64,000 nt of DNA, taken from contig NC_068991.1 in the NCBI RefSeq assembly GCF_001194135.2, positions 42,338,950 to 42,402,949 on the forward strand. The letters are read 5' to 3'. Both the position numbers and the translations under genes were made by a program. The notes beneath the pieces are model-generated. The model saw only the letters and a program-made list of their open reading frames with translations, did no database searches and had not been told where the DNA came from. Position 1 is the stretch's first letter; each line of letters starts with the position of its first letter. This DNA comes from Octopus bimaculoides (lineage: Eukaryota). This document shows positions 1 through 12,459 of the stretch, in pieces.

Positions 1-36
<36 letters not shown>
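1..36. repeat. (AT)n microsatellite, representative of dozens of (AT)n, (AC)n, (TATC)n, (TATG)n, (TTA)n and (GAT)n tracts across the window
   Basis: Read directly. Most N gaps are bordered by such tracts. Confidence 0.95.
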
Positions 37-40
<4 letters not shown>

Positions 41-446
41 ACACATATAAAGACTAGGTAATCTCATCGTTTAGCATGCTTTCTGTGTTTGGGTGTCCTT
101 CTGAATGCCATTCACTTTACAGAGTATACTGGGTGCATTTCCTCATGACACTGTTTTAAATATTAGTGAATATTCTTGGATAAAACAGTACGCGAGTGAC
201 TGCTTTGCTCATTTAGCCAGTGACTTTACAGTATAAACAGTAAGTGTAGAGGGGATGTTTTTGCACATCAAATATAAATTTTTTTTTTGCACACTAAATA
301 TAAATTTGGAAAGAGAAAAATAGAACGAGATATTGCCATGCAAGTTTTGCACCTGAAATAAGATTTCAGTATGGTGATAGGTTTAGTGAAAGAAAACAAT
401 ATTATTAAAATGATATTTTAAAATTTCTAATTATAATTGTTTTTCA

Positions 447-656
447 CAAGGGGGTGCTGAAAATTTCCTGGCTTTAAAAGTATTGTGAAAGACCTGGTTG
501 AAGGCCTAACCTTTCGAGTTCCTTTACAAATAAACTGAAGGACTACTGCAATAAGAGTGTGAATCTAAGAGGGGAATATGTTAAATAAAATCATAATTAA
601 CTGATCTTCCTGTATTTTCTTTTACTCAAAGCCAAGAATTTTTCAGCACCCCCTCA
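447..656 (+). mobile_element. Mariner-derived MITE (~210 bp)
   Basis: TIRs caagggggtgctgaaaatttcctggcttt / aaagccaagaatttttcagcaccccctca, with a TA-like flank (ca..ta). The interior retains a mariner C-terminal remnant (..DYCNKSVNLRGEYV). Confidence 0.75.
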
Positions 657-723
657 TATATTATGAAAACATGACTAATATAATTAGTTAATATTTACTT
701 CATTTTCTTTTTTTTTAATAAAG

Positions 724-889
724 ATATCATCAAAAGATTCCTTATGATGCTCCAGTCATTGAACTTAAAGCCACTTATGGTCTGGTTACTCCTGAGGAAT
801 TTCAGCCTATCCCTGTCAACCCCGTTTGGACTCCTGCTGTCTTCCAGAAGTTTGTTGTACCAAACACAGGTGTACTTGAAAATAAAAAG
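724..889 (+). CDS. BROX: BRO1 domain- and CAAX motif-containing protein, penultimate coding exon
   Basis: Polypyrimidine tract and AG acceptor (722-723), then a phase-2 start a|TAT. Encodes YHQKIPYDAPVIELKATYGLVTPEEFQPIPVNPVWTPAVFQKFVVPNTGVLENKK and ends at an AAG|GTAAAA donor in phase 0. Closely resembles the vertebrate BROX segment [22 protein letters not shown]...WTP (recognised from memory). Confidence 0.9.
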
Positions 890-1514
890 GTAAAACACAC
901 CACAATTTATCTGTCTGTCTATGTATCTGTCTATCTATTTATCTATCTATCTGTCTATCTATCTATCTATCTATCTATCTAATTTATCTATCTGTCTACA
1001 CCATCTATTTGTCTATCTATCCATCCATCCATCCATCCTCATCATTTAATGTCAATTTTCCATGCTGGCATGGTTTGAACTGGTGAACAGGAACCAGCAA
1101 TCCATAGGATGGTGTCAAAGCTCCAATTCTGCTTTGGCATGGTTTCATGGATGGATCTTCATCCCAATAGAGGAACAAATGTCTTGTGAGCTGAATACAC
1201 TAACCACTAAGCCACACTTAGATATAATGCTTGATAATTTCTTTATATATGTTTTTTTCTAGCTTTTTGATCATTGTTTTTTAATATTTACATATTATTA
1301 TAGATGCAAGCATGACTCTTTTTGCATGTTTATTTGTGTGTGTCTCTATGTGTGATTTTATCTGTCTTTACATCCTAAGCTCAAATTCCACCTTTTGATA
1401 AAAGAAGTGCCAATTGAACACTAGGCCTTATACCTATAAAGGAAAGGGCTATTATTATCATTATTTATTATTCATAAAAGAAATCATTGTTAAAAAGAAT
1501 AAAAGATATTATTA

Positions 1515-1593
<79 letters not shown>

Positions 1594-1594
<1 letters not shown>

Positions 1595-1924
1595 AGCAGC
1601 TAGCTGGCAGAATCGTTAGCACATCTGGTGAAATGCTTAGCGGTATTTCGCCTGTCTTCATGTTCTGATTTCAAGTGTTGCCGAGGTCAACTTTGCTTTT
1701 CATCCTCTCTGGGTCAATAAAATAAGTACCAGTTGAGTACTGGGCTCGATGTAATCGACTATCCCCCAACCCCAAATTTCAGGATTTCTAGCGGTATTTC
1801 ACCCGTCGCTATGTTCCGAGTTCAAATTCCACCAAGGGTGACTTTGCTTTTCATCCTTCTGGAGTCAATAAATTAAGTACCACTGTAACACTGGGGTTGA
1901 TGAAATCAACTTGTCCCCTTCCCC

Positions 1925-1925
<1 letters not shown>
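1594..1925 (+). mobile_element. tRNA-derived SINE family A, one full and one partial copy
   Basis: Head gctggcagaatcgttagc (A-box-like), ctgagttcaaattcc-type B-box, body ..gactttgcctttcatcc..aagtaccagttgag..actgggg, flanked by (TTA)n. Confidence 0.85.
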
Positions 1926-1956
<31 letters not shown>

Positions 1957-1980
1957 TTATTATTATTATTATTATTATTG

Positions 1981-3518
1981 TTCAGTAGTTTTATTTTTAT
2001 AACGTGCTTTCACTTCACTACCGAGCGCAGCTCTGTGCGCCTTGGGTATGTGCTGTGGTTTGCTGTGGTGCTCTTATGTTTACTGTATTGAAAGTGTTTT
2101 GCGTAGAATGTGTGCAGTACCCAGTAGTGCAATTTTCTGTATGTTATATATATTTGTAAGTCCTGGTGTTTTTGTTATGTATTTGTCTGAATATTTTTTT
2201 ATTATACCTAAGGCACCTACTATGATAGGNNNNNNNNNNNNNNNNNNNNNNNNNNNNNNNNNNNNNNNNNNNNNNNNNNNNNNNNNNNNNNNNNNNNNNN
2301 NNNNNNNNNNNNNNNNNNNNNNNNNNNNNNNNNNNNNNNNNNNNNNNNNNNNNNNNNNNNNNNNNNNNNNNNNNNNNNNNNNNNNNNNNNNNNNNNNNNN
2401 NNNNNNNNNNNNNNNNNNNNNNNNNNNNNNNNNNNNNNNNNNNNNNNNNNNNNNNNNNNNNNNNNNNNNNNNNNNNNNNNNNNNNNNNNNNNNNNNNNNN
2501 NNNNNNNNNNNNNNNNNNNNNNNNNNNNNNNNNNNNNNNNNNNNNNNNNNNNNNNNNNNNNNNNNNNNNNNNNNNNNNNNNNNNNNNNNNNNNNNNNNNN
2601 NNNNNNNNNNNNNNNNNNNNNNNNNNNNNNNNNNNNNNNNNNNNNNNNNNNNNNNNNNNNNNNNNNNNNNNNNNNNNNNNNNNNNNNNNNNNNNNNNNNN
2701 NNNNNNNNNNNNNNNNNNNNNNNNNNNNNNNNNNNNNNNNNNNNNNNNNNNNNNNNNNNNNNNNNNNNNNNNNNNNNNNNNNNNNNNNNNNNNNNNNNNN
2801 NNNNNNNNNNNNNNNNNNNNNNNNNNNNNNNNNNNNNNNNNNNNNNNNNNNNNNNNNNNNNNNNNNNNNNNNNNNNNNNNNNNNNNNNNNNNNNNNNNNN
2901 NNNNNNNNNNNNNNNNNNNNNNNNNNNNNNNNNNNNNNNNNNNNNNNNNNNNNNNNNNNNNNNNNNNNNNNNNNNNNNNNNNNNNNNNNNNNNNNNNNNN
3001 NNNNNNNNNNNNNNNNNNNNNNNNNNNNNNNNNNNNNNNNNNNNNNNNNNNNNNNNNNNNNNNNNNNNNNNNNNNNNNNNNNNNNNNNNNNNNNNNNNNN
3101 NNNNNNNNNNNNNNNNNNNNNNNNNNNNNNNNNNNNNNNNNNNNNNNNNNNNNNNNCCTTGCTTCTGGAGTAGGTATTTTTGCAGTCCTATGGTGGTTAT
3201 TTTATAATAGTTTTTTAGCTGTATAAGACCCCTGCCACCTGTGCGTTGTATATATAGCCTTTCTATGTCAGATTTTGGGTGGTGCATTATTTTTCTTGTT
3301 TTTCTTGTTTTTCTTGTCATTATTTTTCTTGTTTTCCTGTCTATTTTACATAGTTCGTTTAGTGTCCAGTTAAGGATGTTGTAGCTGTAGCTTATAACTG
3401 GGACAGCTAAAGTGTTGATACCCATTATCTTGTTTTTAGCATTGAGCTCTGTTTTTAGTATTGATCTATCTTGTTTTTAGCATTGAGCTCTGTTTTTAGT
3501 ATTGATCTATCTTGTTTT
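1981..3518 (-). mobile_element. 5'-truncated R4/Dong-clade non-LTR retrotransposon (RT C-terminus, N gap, RLE-domain C-terminus, 3'UTR, (TAA)n tail)
   Basis: 3157-3425 encodes INTLAVPVISYSYNILNWTLNELCKIDRKTRK..HHPKSDIERLYIQRTGGRGL. 2080-2229 encodes PIIVGALGIIKK..IQKIALLGTAHILRKTLSIQ*, the typical end of RLE-type ORFs. The 927-nt gap (2230-3156) is about the size expected for the missing zinc knuckle/RLE. TAA/TTA repeats lie at both ends. Confidence 0.8.
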
Positions 3519-3585
3519 GTTATTATTATTATTATTATTATCATTATTATTATTATCATTATTATTATTATTATCATTATCATTG

Positions 3586-3635
<50 letters not shown>

Positions 3636-3985
3636 TAAAGTGGCAAACTGGCAAAATTGTTAGTACAGGCAAAATGCTTAGTAGCATTTCATTCATCTTT
3701 ATGTTCTGAGTTCAGATTCCACTGAGATAGTTTGAGGTTGATAAAATAAGTACCAGTTGAATACAGGGGTTGATATAATTGACTATCCCCCTCTCCCAAA
3801 ATTGGTGGGTTTGTGCCAAAACTTGAAATCATTTAAGGTGGCGAGCTGGCAGAATCATTAGCATACTGGGCAAAATGCTTAGCGGCATTTCATCCATCTT
3901 TATGTTCCAAGTTCAAATTCCCCTGATATCAACTTTATCTTTCATCCTTTCGGGATTAATAAAATAAGTACCAGTCGCTGGCCTT
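3636..3985 (+). mobile_element. SINE family A, two tandem copies
   Basis: Same head, B-box and body as 1594-1925. Confidence 0.85.
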
Positions 3986-4205
3986 GTGTCATTTTTTTTT
4001 TTTTTTTATGTGTGTTAGACATAACTTTCTGGGAAAATATTTCGAAATATCTTTTAGATATATTATTTTTTAAAGTTCTTTTTTTTACATCAGTATGCCA
4101 TAATTTCTCCTCATTTTTATATATTAATTACCTTGATATGAAATAAGTTTCCAGTCCAGTTTCTTGCTGAGGTCACTAAAGTCATGTATTCTTTGTTTAT
4201 TTCAG

Positions 4206-4307
4206 GAAGAAGCTGCAAAACAAGAAGAACTCCCAAAAGTACAAGAGAAAGAATATCCAATGTCTGACAAGAATGCGAAAAATGAAACCGGCTGTCTAAT
4301 ATCATAA
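4206..4307 (+). CDS. BROX: BROX terminal coding exon with CaaX prenylation motif
   Basis: tttgtttatttcag|GAA acceptor in phase 0 matches the donor at 889. Encodes EEAAKQEELPKVQEKEYPMSDKNAKNETGCLIS* with TAA at 4305-4307. TGCLIS parallels the vertebrate BROX ending TGCYIS. Confidence 0.9.
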   Translation, partial: EEAAKQEELPKVQEKEYPMSDKNAKNETGCLIS

Positions 4308-5119
4308 TATATGTCTTTTGTCAAAATTTTTTTTTTTTTCTCCACTTCCATATATGCTAATATGCACCTCTCTCTCTTTGTATCTGACTCCCTCCATAAT
4401 AATGCTTAAGCTTTTAGTTCTGAGGCCCCAATCTCTTCATACTCACATTCACAGCATTTTCATAAAAATGTTTTGCAAGCAATTTTTCCCAAGCATGGTA
4501 TATATATATATATATATGCAGGCTAGAAAAAAAAACTTGGAGTTTTCTGGACTGCAAAATGATCTTTTGTACTTTTATTTACATAGTATTTCATTTGGTA
4601 TGTTCTACGAATGTAGTCGGGTATACCATGTTTCTTCTTTTATCTCTTTCCTTCTCTCTCTCCCTCTCTCAGATACAGGCACAAATGCCCATTCATATGC
4701 ATGCACTCACACTCACGCATAATTACATTTATACATATATAAATGAGAGACAGAGAGAGAGAGGCCAATCACTGATAAAACTTTGAAGTCACTGTCAATG
4801 AAATTACACACACACACAAGCAAACATGCAAAAGAGAAAACTGTTAGAATGGCGCTGTGATATGTATGAATGATGACATTGATTTTTATCTGGTTTTCAA
4901 TGTTGGGTAAAATAGAGTAATCTTAGTGAAGAAATCTGCAGAAGAAAAAGAATGTGAGGAGTGCAGGTTATTGAATTTTACAAAGGAGACAGCAAGGTAC
5001 TTAAGTATTTAGCAAGGGTCAAGACACAGCTGTAGATCTAATCCTCTAACCCATACCAGTATCGAAAAGTAACTGTAAAATGAAAATGATGGTAATGATC
5101 ATATACACACACACACGTA

Positions 5120-5400
5120 TGAGGGTAACTGTCCCAGTGGTTAGGGTGTTGCACTCTTGATCTAGCAATTGTGATTTCAATCTCTGGACTGGTTGGTATG
5201 CTGTGTTCTTGAGTAAAACACTTCATTTTGTATTGCTCTGTGATCACTGCAACACCTGACTTATGGTACACAGTACATCTATACAGACAGCATTGATTTG
5301 ATGAAGAGACTGAACTAATGTGCAGCATGAACATTTGATTACTATAAACAAATCATTTGTGCAGGTTGTTTGGTAAGAGCTGAACACTCAGATGTCATGT
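5120..5400 (+). mobile_element. tRNA-derived SINE (family D-like), also at 31415-31680
   Basis: cagtggttagggtgttgcactc..gatttcaatc head, followed by a body shared with 31415-31680 (aaaacacttcat..tgctctgtgatcact..taaacaaatcat.tgtgcag). Confidence 0.65.
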
Positions 5401-6532
5401 TCGACAGGAGAGTTCACACCCACACACACACATCCCAGATTTTAATTTAGGTACATTATATTGGTGCATGTCTTAAAAGGCAACTATAAAGATGGCAAGA
5501 GGAAAGATATCGGGTCATCAAGTACTGCAACTTATAGAAAAGTGGACATAGCAACAATAATTACACATACAGAGAGAGAGATTCATAGAGACAGAAGCAA
5601 AAGAGAGTGAGTGTGTGTATGTGTATGTACATACACACACACAAACATGGCAAGCTTTTTTCAGTTTCCACCTAACAAATTCACTCACAAAGCGTTGGTC
5701 AGTTCAAGGCTGTAGTAGAAGACGCTTACCCAAAGTACCACACAGTAGAACTGAATCTGAAACCATGTGATTGGGAAGCAAACTCCTTAACCACATGGCC
5801 ACACCTTGTACAATGTTAGTATTGTATATAGTTAAATAACAAATAAGACAAAATTCTGGTAATTCGAAAAATTAAGTCTCACTGAAATATTGAACTTTAG
5901 AAAATAATCAGATACAATTAAAATATAAGGTTTATTGTCTGGAAAATATATACAAACTTTAGCAGAAACTCAAACTTTTCACATAAATAATGTGTATGTG
6001 TGTGTAACAAGACATCTATATTAAGTTGGATATAAATATTGCCTTTTATATATATATATATATNNNNNNNNNNNNNNNNNNNNNNNNNNNNNNNNNNNNA
6101 TATATATGTGTGTGTGTGTGTGTGTGTTATCATCATTTAACAGCCACTTTACCATATATGGGTCAGATGGAATTTGTTGAAGTAGATTTTCTGTTGTTGG
6201 ATGCCCTTTCTGTCACTTACCCTCACCTGTTTCCAAGTGAGTTAATAGTTACTCCTGGCCAGCCTTTTTTTCATGGAAGACTGGAAATGAATAATATTAC
6301 TTCTATGACAGTGATGCTCATTTACAACTATTACATGATGTTAAGACGATACACACACACACATACACGATGGACTTCTGCCAGTTTCTGTCTATCAAAC
6401 CCACTCACAAGCCTTTGAACTCTTGCACAAGGTGCTATAGAATGGAATTGAGTTGAAGACCACATGGCTGGGAAGCAAGCTTAACCACACAGCCATACAT
6501 GTGCCTATATGTATGTATGTGTATTATTATTA

Positions 6533-6980
6533 TTGAGTTCAAATTCTGCCAAGGTCAACTTTGCCTTTCATCCTTTTGGGGGTCGGTAAATAAATACCAG
6601 TTGAACACTGGGTCAGTGTAATCAACTTACCCCCTCTCCGAACTTGCTGACCTTGTGCCAAAATTTGAAATCATCATTATTATTATTAAGGCAGTGAGCT
6701 GGCAGAAGCATTAGCACACCAGGCAAAATGCTTAGTGGCATTTTGTCCATCTTTACATTCTGAGTTCAAATTCCACCGAGGTTGACTTTATCTTTCATCC
6801 TTTCAGGATTGATGAAATAAGTACCAGTTATGCACTGGGGTTGCTATAATCGACTTGCCCCCTCCCCCAAAATTTCAGGTCTTGTGCCTATAGTAGAAAG
6901 GATTATTATTATTATGGGGGTGATGGATTGATACATTAGACAAAATGCTTTGCAGTTTTCCTTCCAGCTCTTTACATTCA
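6533..6980 (+). mobile_element. SINE family A cluster (partial, full, partial)
   Basis: Repeated family A body separated by (TTA)n. Confidence 0.8.
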
Positions 6981-7674
6981 AGGTTCACAGTTGATTGTTG
7001 AACTTTATAACCCATAGTATCTTCTCTTTGTCATTTTCTAGGACCTCTTCCACTTTGTGTCCATGGCATCTTTGTTGTCATTGTTGTTGGAAGAGCACAA
7101 TATGTAATAAAAAAAAACACATTGACTTTGCATATTGAATAATATTTCAACAGTACACCTGTCTTCCTCAGTTTCGAAATAAGTCAAGAATAATGAAAGA
7201 TGAAAAATACACTGAAATTAAAAATTCAGTAGGACTATCTTGTGTTACTTTCAAAACAAAAACAAAAAAAAAAAACGATCAAGTTACACTTGTTTGTAAC
7301 TGTTTAGAACAAGAAAAAGAATTTCTGTAAAGTCAATCAGTATGTTTTTGTAATATATTGTACTCTTCTAGTTGTGTATTTACCTTTGCAAAAAGTTCAT
7401 TAATTATTATTATTAATGTTATTAGAATTGTAAGTTTTAAAGGCTATGCAAAAGACCTCCTTGTGTAAGCAAATTGCAGATATGCCATGGCTTAGGACAT
7501 CCTCATTGTATTTGCTGTCTTTGTTTTGATTCCATGTCTAAAGAAGTTAATGCAACAGTGCATAATATTGAATGCTTTCAAAATTTTTGAATTATTATTA
7601 TGTTTAAAATTTAATTATGTCACTAATTTGCCACAGTTTTCATTATCTTTTTGTTGTTGTTATATCATTATTGA

Positions 7675-7885
7675 AGATGATGAGCTGGCAGAATCGTTAG
7701 CACACCGGACAAAATGCTTAGCAGTATTTTGTCTATCTTCACGTTCTGAGTTCAAATTCTGTTATGGTCAACTTTGCCTTTCATTCTTTTGGGGTCGATA
7801 AATTAAGTACCAGTTTAGTACTGGGGGTTGATGAATTTGACTTACCCCCTTGCTGAATTGCTGGCTTTTTGCCAAAATTTGAAAT
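7675..7885 (+). mobile_element. SINE family A
   Basis: gagctggcagaatcgttagcacacc..ctgagttcaaattc..tgccaaaatttgaaa. Confidence 0.85.
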
Positions 7886-8529
7886 TATTTTTATTTCATT
7901 ATTATTTTTGTTGTTATATATATGCTTACACACCCATATATGTGTGCGTATGTACACACACACATATATATATACATGTTTATATACGTGTGTGTGTGTC
8001 TGTCTGTGTTTGTCACAATCTTTCAGTTCAACTCAGATCAATAAAATAATACCTGACTGAAATAAGCACTGGGGTTGATATACCTGTATCTTAAAGGCAA
8101 TACCCACTTATATGTGCATTCGTGTGTGTGTGTGTGTGTGCTTTTGTGAATCTATTGATTTATCATTTTCACATTAGAAATTATTGTTGTTCTGCATACT
8201 TAACCTATGTTCCCTCCAACATTCCCTTGTGAATAAAGCTGTTTTTACATACATATTTATATATATAATAAATGAATGACAAAAGAACAGGAGTTATATA
8301 ATCATCTACATTAACTTATAGATTTGTTTTTTGGGGGGATGGGGGCTATAAGGAACTATACACCCAGAGTTTGATGCTAGTGTACTGATGTACTGACCTC
8401 CTAGTTCATATAAGAGTCTGGAGCAGAGGACATCAAAAAAATTCACAGCTGGAGCTTACTAATATTGTAAAGTATAAGTACAGTATATTGAGATGGAGTT
8501 CTAATAACTAATTATTAGTACTGCTCCCC

Positions 8530-8757
8530 TCAGTTGAGGGGTCTTGCCTTGCAAGTTACTTGGTGACCTCACTGGTGCCAGTGGCATGTAAAACGCACTT
8601 AGTGCACTTTGTAAAGTTGTTGGCATTAGCAAGGGTCTCAGCCATAAAACCATGCCAAAGTGATTGGAGTTTGGTGCAGTCCTTTGGGTTGCCAGCTCCT
8701 GTTGAACCATCCAACCCATGTCGGCAAGAAAAAAAAAACATCAAATGATGATGATTT
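8530..8757 (+). mobile_element. Family C retroposon end with (GAT)n tail (RTE-associated 3' end or SINE)
   Basis: ttggcattag.aaggg..ccagcc.taaaaccatgccaaa..ccaacccatg..catgatgatgat motif. Other copies at about 1038-1150(-), 29410-29600(+), 39720-39905(-), 41290-41500(-), 44240-44500(-), 50845-51005(-), 53090-53300(-). Confidence 0.7.
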
Positions 8758-10149
8758 ATATTTATGCATATATTGTGTGCATATGTGTGTGTAGATACAG
8801 ATATATACATGTGTGTGTGTGCATTTGTATATATATGTGTATATGTATATATGGATGCATAGATGTATGTATATATTGTGTGTATGTATATATTATAAAT
8901 GCATAGATGCAAATATATATATAATTTGAGTTAGTATGTAAAGTATGTGTATATAATATGTACATATAGTACTCTTGTTAAAATATTTAGTATTACAAAG
9001 TACTAAGAACAGTGGTTATTTTTTCCCCATTGATCATGTTAAATCTATATTTTGTTTAACTTATATCGCTTTTTTTATGCTTTGGGTGTTTGGCCTAAGA
9101 AAAAAATATTGCCTTCTTCATCACTATTGTTTCCTTTAAATATGCTTTTCTGTTCTTGATATGCTCAGCAGCTTGTTGCATATTACTCCTGTATCTATTG
9201 TGTTTTTATACATGAGAGCTGAAGAATATAAATTGCTATAAAGTTAGAGGTAAGATGCTAGTGAAAGTGGCAATTCACCTTTAAATTTATGGTGCCTTTG
9301 TGTCCAAGTTTTTGCTATTTCACTTGATTTATGCTGCAAATTCTGTTGAGAAAAGAACAAACATCACACAATCTAATTTTCTCATGTATAAAAATGTATT
9401 GAATTCATGCTTATGTAAGAAATCAATGGTTTAGTCAAATGGTGAATACTGCAGGGTAAATTTAATTACATTGAACTATATATCTGGGACTAAAAGAAAA
9501 ATAATTTAAAGTTATTTAATGTAATAAAATAATAATGAACATATTGTATATAGTGCTCAGGTGCACTACAAGTGCTGGATTTTTTTTTTTTTTTATGTGG
9601 CCTCTGGAATAACTTATTTTAGGATTTTTAAACAAATGGAAGAGTTCTGTCTTCCTCTATGGAACACCACTCTACTGCAAATAATTAATCCCACACCATG
9701 AGCTGAATTCATAAGATTATTTTTTTATGCTATTAACCATTACTTCTTATGTTTCCAAGCCAGCAAAGGAGCTTTATTTGACTTGTTACATTTAACAAAA
9801 AAAAAAAAAACAACTGTCTCCTGAATATCTGGTTCACACTACTGTTTTTAAAAAAATGGATGAATGAATATGATCTGGAACATAATATGCCAGAAAAGGT
9901 GAGGTTATTTCAACATGAATGCTGGCTAGATGTTGAAAATTCAACATCACTTTTTAGTATCGATCTAGCTTTACTTTGACTGGGTTATTGAGCATTGTCT
10001 TAGTCATAGACATACTGAGCACTTGTTTTATTTGGCTAATACCCTAATGACTCAATGGCTGTGCTCACATTTATAAACCTATACTAAACATTTACTTAGT
10101 ATTGCTGTACTATAATTTTCTTATTGGTTTCTTGCAAAATATTATTACT

Positions 10150-10740
10150 TGCTGATGTCAACTTTGCTTTTTATCCCTTCTGAGTCTGATAAAATAGAGT
10201 TCAATCAAGTACTGGGGTCAACAGTTGCAACTAATCACCTCCCATCAAAACTGTGGACCTTGGGCCTAAGTACAATTATTATTATGATTATTATTTGGGC
10301 AGTGAGTAAGGGGGCGAGCTGGCAAAATCATTAGTATGCTGAGCAGAATGCTCAGAGTGGCATTTCATCTGTCTTAATGTTCTTAGTTCAAATTCCACTA
10401 AGGTCAACTTTGCCTTTCATCCCCTTTTGGGTTGATAAAATAAGTACCAATTGAGCACTGGGGTCAGTGTAATTGACTTACCCCCTCTCAAATTACTGAC
10501 CTTGTGCCAAAATTTGAAATCATTATTAAGGTGGTTAGCAGATAGAATCACTAGTGCATTGAACAAATGCTTAGTGGCACTTGTTCTGGCATTTTATGTT
10601 CCAAGTTCAAAGACCACTGATGTCAACTTTGTCATTCATTCCTTTGGGGGTCACTAAAATAAAGTACCAATCAAGTACTCAAATCGAAGGCATTGACTAA
10701 CACTACTTGTGGCCTTGTACCAAAATTTGAAACAGTTATT
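10150..10740 (+). mobile_element. SINE family A cluster (about 3 copies)
   Basis: Tandem family A units joined by (TTA)n. Confidence 0.8.
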
Positions 10741-11974
10741 ATTATTATTATTTATTATTATATTTTGGAATGGCTGAAATCAGCTATTGTTTTTGTTTTG
10801 ACAAATTACTATATGACATGAACAGGGTGTCTTTTGAGTTATATTTATTTCATCCCCACTACAAAATTTGGAAATATAAATAATGGGTCAAGATATTAAT
10901 ACTCAAATAATAAATCAATGTTTCAGATCCCACCTCTCTCTTTTGTCATCTATTTTAACATTATCCCTAAAATATGCAAAACAAAAAAGTCAGAAAACTT
11001 TATAAACACATACATTATGACAGTTTCAACTTATTAAAATTATGAAAGTACTTTCTCTTTTATTCTATTCATTTTTTTTTCTTCTATACTAGCATTGATA
11101 GGATGTGTTTTTGTTTTATTTTAGTCTTTGAAATTTGAAGATATTTGCATAATGTATGCAATTTCTTATGTAGTATTTCTGTTATTTTAACACTTTTAGG
11201 AAAATCTTACAACAACAGTCACTTATGATGAATCATTGATCTGACATAAATGTTTTCTTTAACCTGTTTACAAAATTGGATGTGTAACTATAAAGACCCC
11301 AAACCCCCACCTCTTCTTGGTGTAACATATCTGTATATTTCAGTATCCTAAGACAATATATCCAGTGATCCAACATTGAAGCAGACATCTTGAGAAAAAA
11401 AAAAAGATGCTATATCCTTGCATGGCACCTGCTTTGCAAAGAATTTTTATAAATAAATATATACTTACAGCTTATTTTGGACTTCTTGTTAATTTACTGG
11501 TTACTTTTGTGTGTGTGTGTGTGTGTGTATCTGAAATACTTGCATTATTCATTATTTAAGTTTGTTGCTGTTTGACTAGGTTACATACAAGTTGGATAAA
11601 AAAGGAAAATTAAGTGTTTTGATGGTCTCCAAAGCATTCACAGAATGAATGAATTGAAGTGAAAAGCTTTCTTCCAGGGATCAAAACTGAACTATAGATT
11701 TGTTCTGTAGCTCAAAACTGAGCCATAGATTTATTCTATGCCATTTGCTCACATTCATTGTCTGATTGTAGAAATTGAGATTTATAAAGAAAAAGAACTA
11801 GGAATTTGTCATATTCACGCTATAGTCAGTTTGATTTCAGTTTCCAAATATTTGCTGCTTGACTAAATATATTGTTTGGACAGAGATGCAACTCAAATTC
11901 TATATATATAAAAAGTGTAAAGCCCTGTGCCTGTCAGTCATTTAGTTACGTGGTGAGAGCAGATTTATTTGAGG

Positions 11975-12415
11975 TCATAATAATGGTTTCAGATTTTGGC
12001 ACAAGGTCAGCAATTTCAGGGCAGTGGGTGGGGTTAGTTGATTACATCGATACAAGTGCTCAACTGGTACTTATTTTATTGACCCCCAAAAGGATGAAAA
12101 GCAAAATTGACTTTGGCGGAATTTGAACTCAGAATGTAAAGACTCAAGACATAAAACAATTCTACCAGTTCACCACTTTATTTAAGGTTATAATAATAAT
12201 AATCCTTTCTACTATAGGCACAAGGCCTGAAATGTGAGGGAAGGTGCTAGTCGATTACATCGACCTCCAGTGTGTAACTGGTACTTATTTCATCAACCCC
12301 GAAATGATGAAAGGCAAAGTCAACCTTGGCAGAATTTCAACTCAAAATGTATAGATGAGCAAAATACTGCTAAGCATTTTGCCTGGTGTGCTAACAATTC
12401 TGCCAGCTCACTGCC

Positions 12416-12459
<44 letters not shown>

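Noticed and set aside
695-898. 67-aa minus-strand ORF
   Set aside because: Antisense shadow of the BROX exon at 724-889.
1414-1668. Poly-Leu/Tyr/Ile, HT-, YI- and CV-repeat ORFs throughout the track
   Set aside because: These are translations of (TTA)n, (AC)n and (AT)n microsatellites and SINE bodies, with no splice or domain support.
2042-3226. Long ORFs in the track containing runs of X (also 51973-52654, 61645-62358, 29859-30262, 5918-6418)
   Set aside because: They are open only because they cross N gaps (2230-3156, 6064-6099, 29982-30090, 52169-52550, 61783-62199), so they are assembly artefacts.
1594-3635. Idea that the Dong-like LINE mobilises SINE family A
   Set aside because: No shared 3' end is visible, and the tails have opposite polarity: (TAA)n for the LINE versus (TTA)n for the SINE in sense orientation.
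4132-4212. Apparent minus-strand exon (ttttgcag|LLPEINKEYMTLVTSARNWTGNLFHIK|gtaatt)
   Set aside because: It overlaps the BROX terminal exon boundary in antisense, has no recognisable homology and no partner exons. The plus-strand reading explains the sequence.
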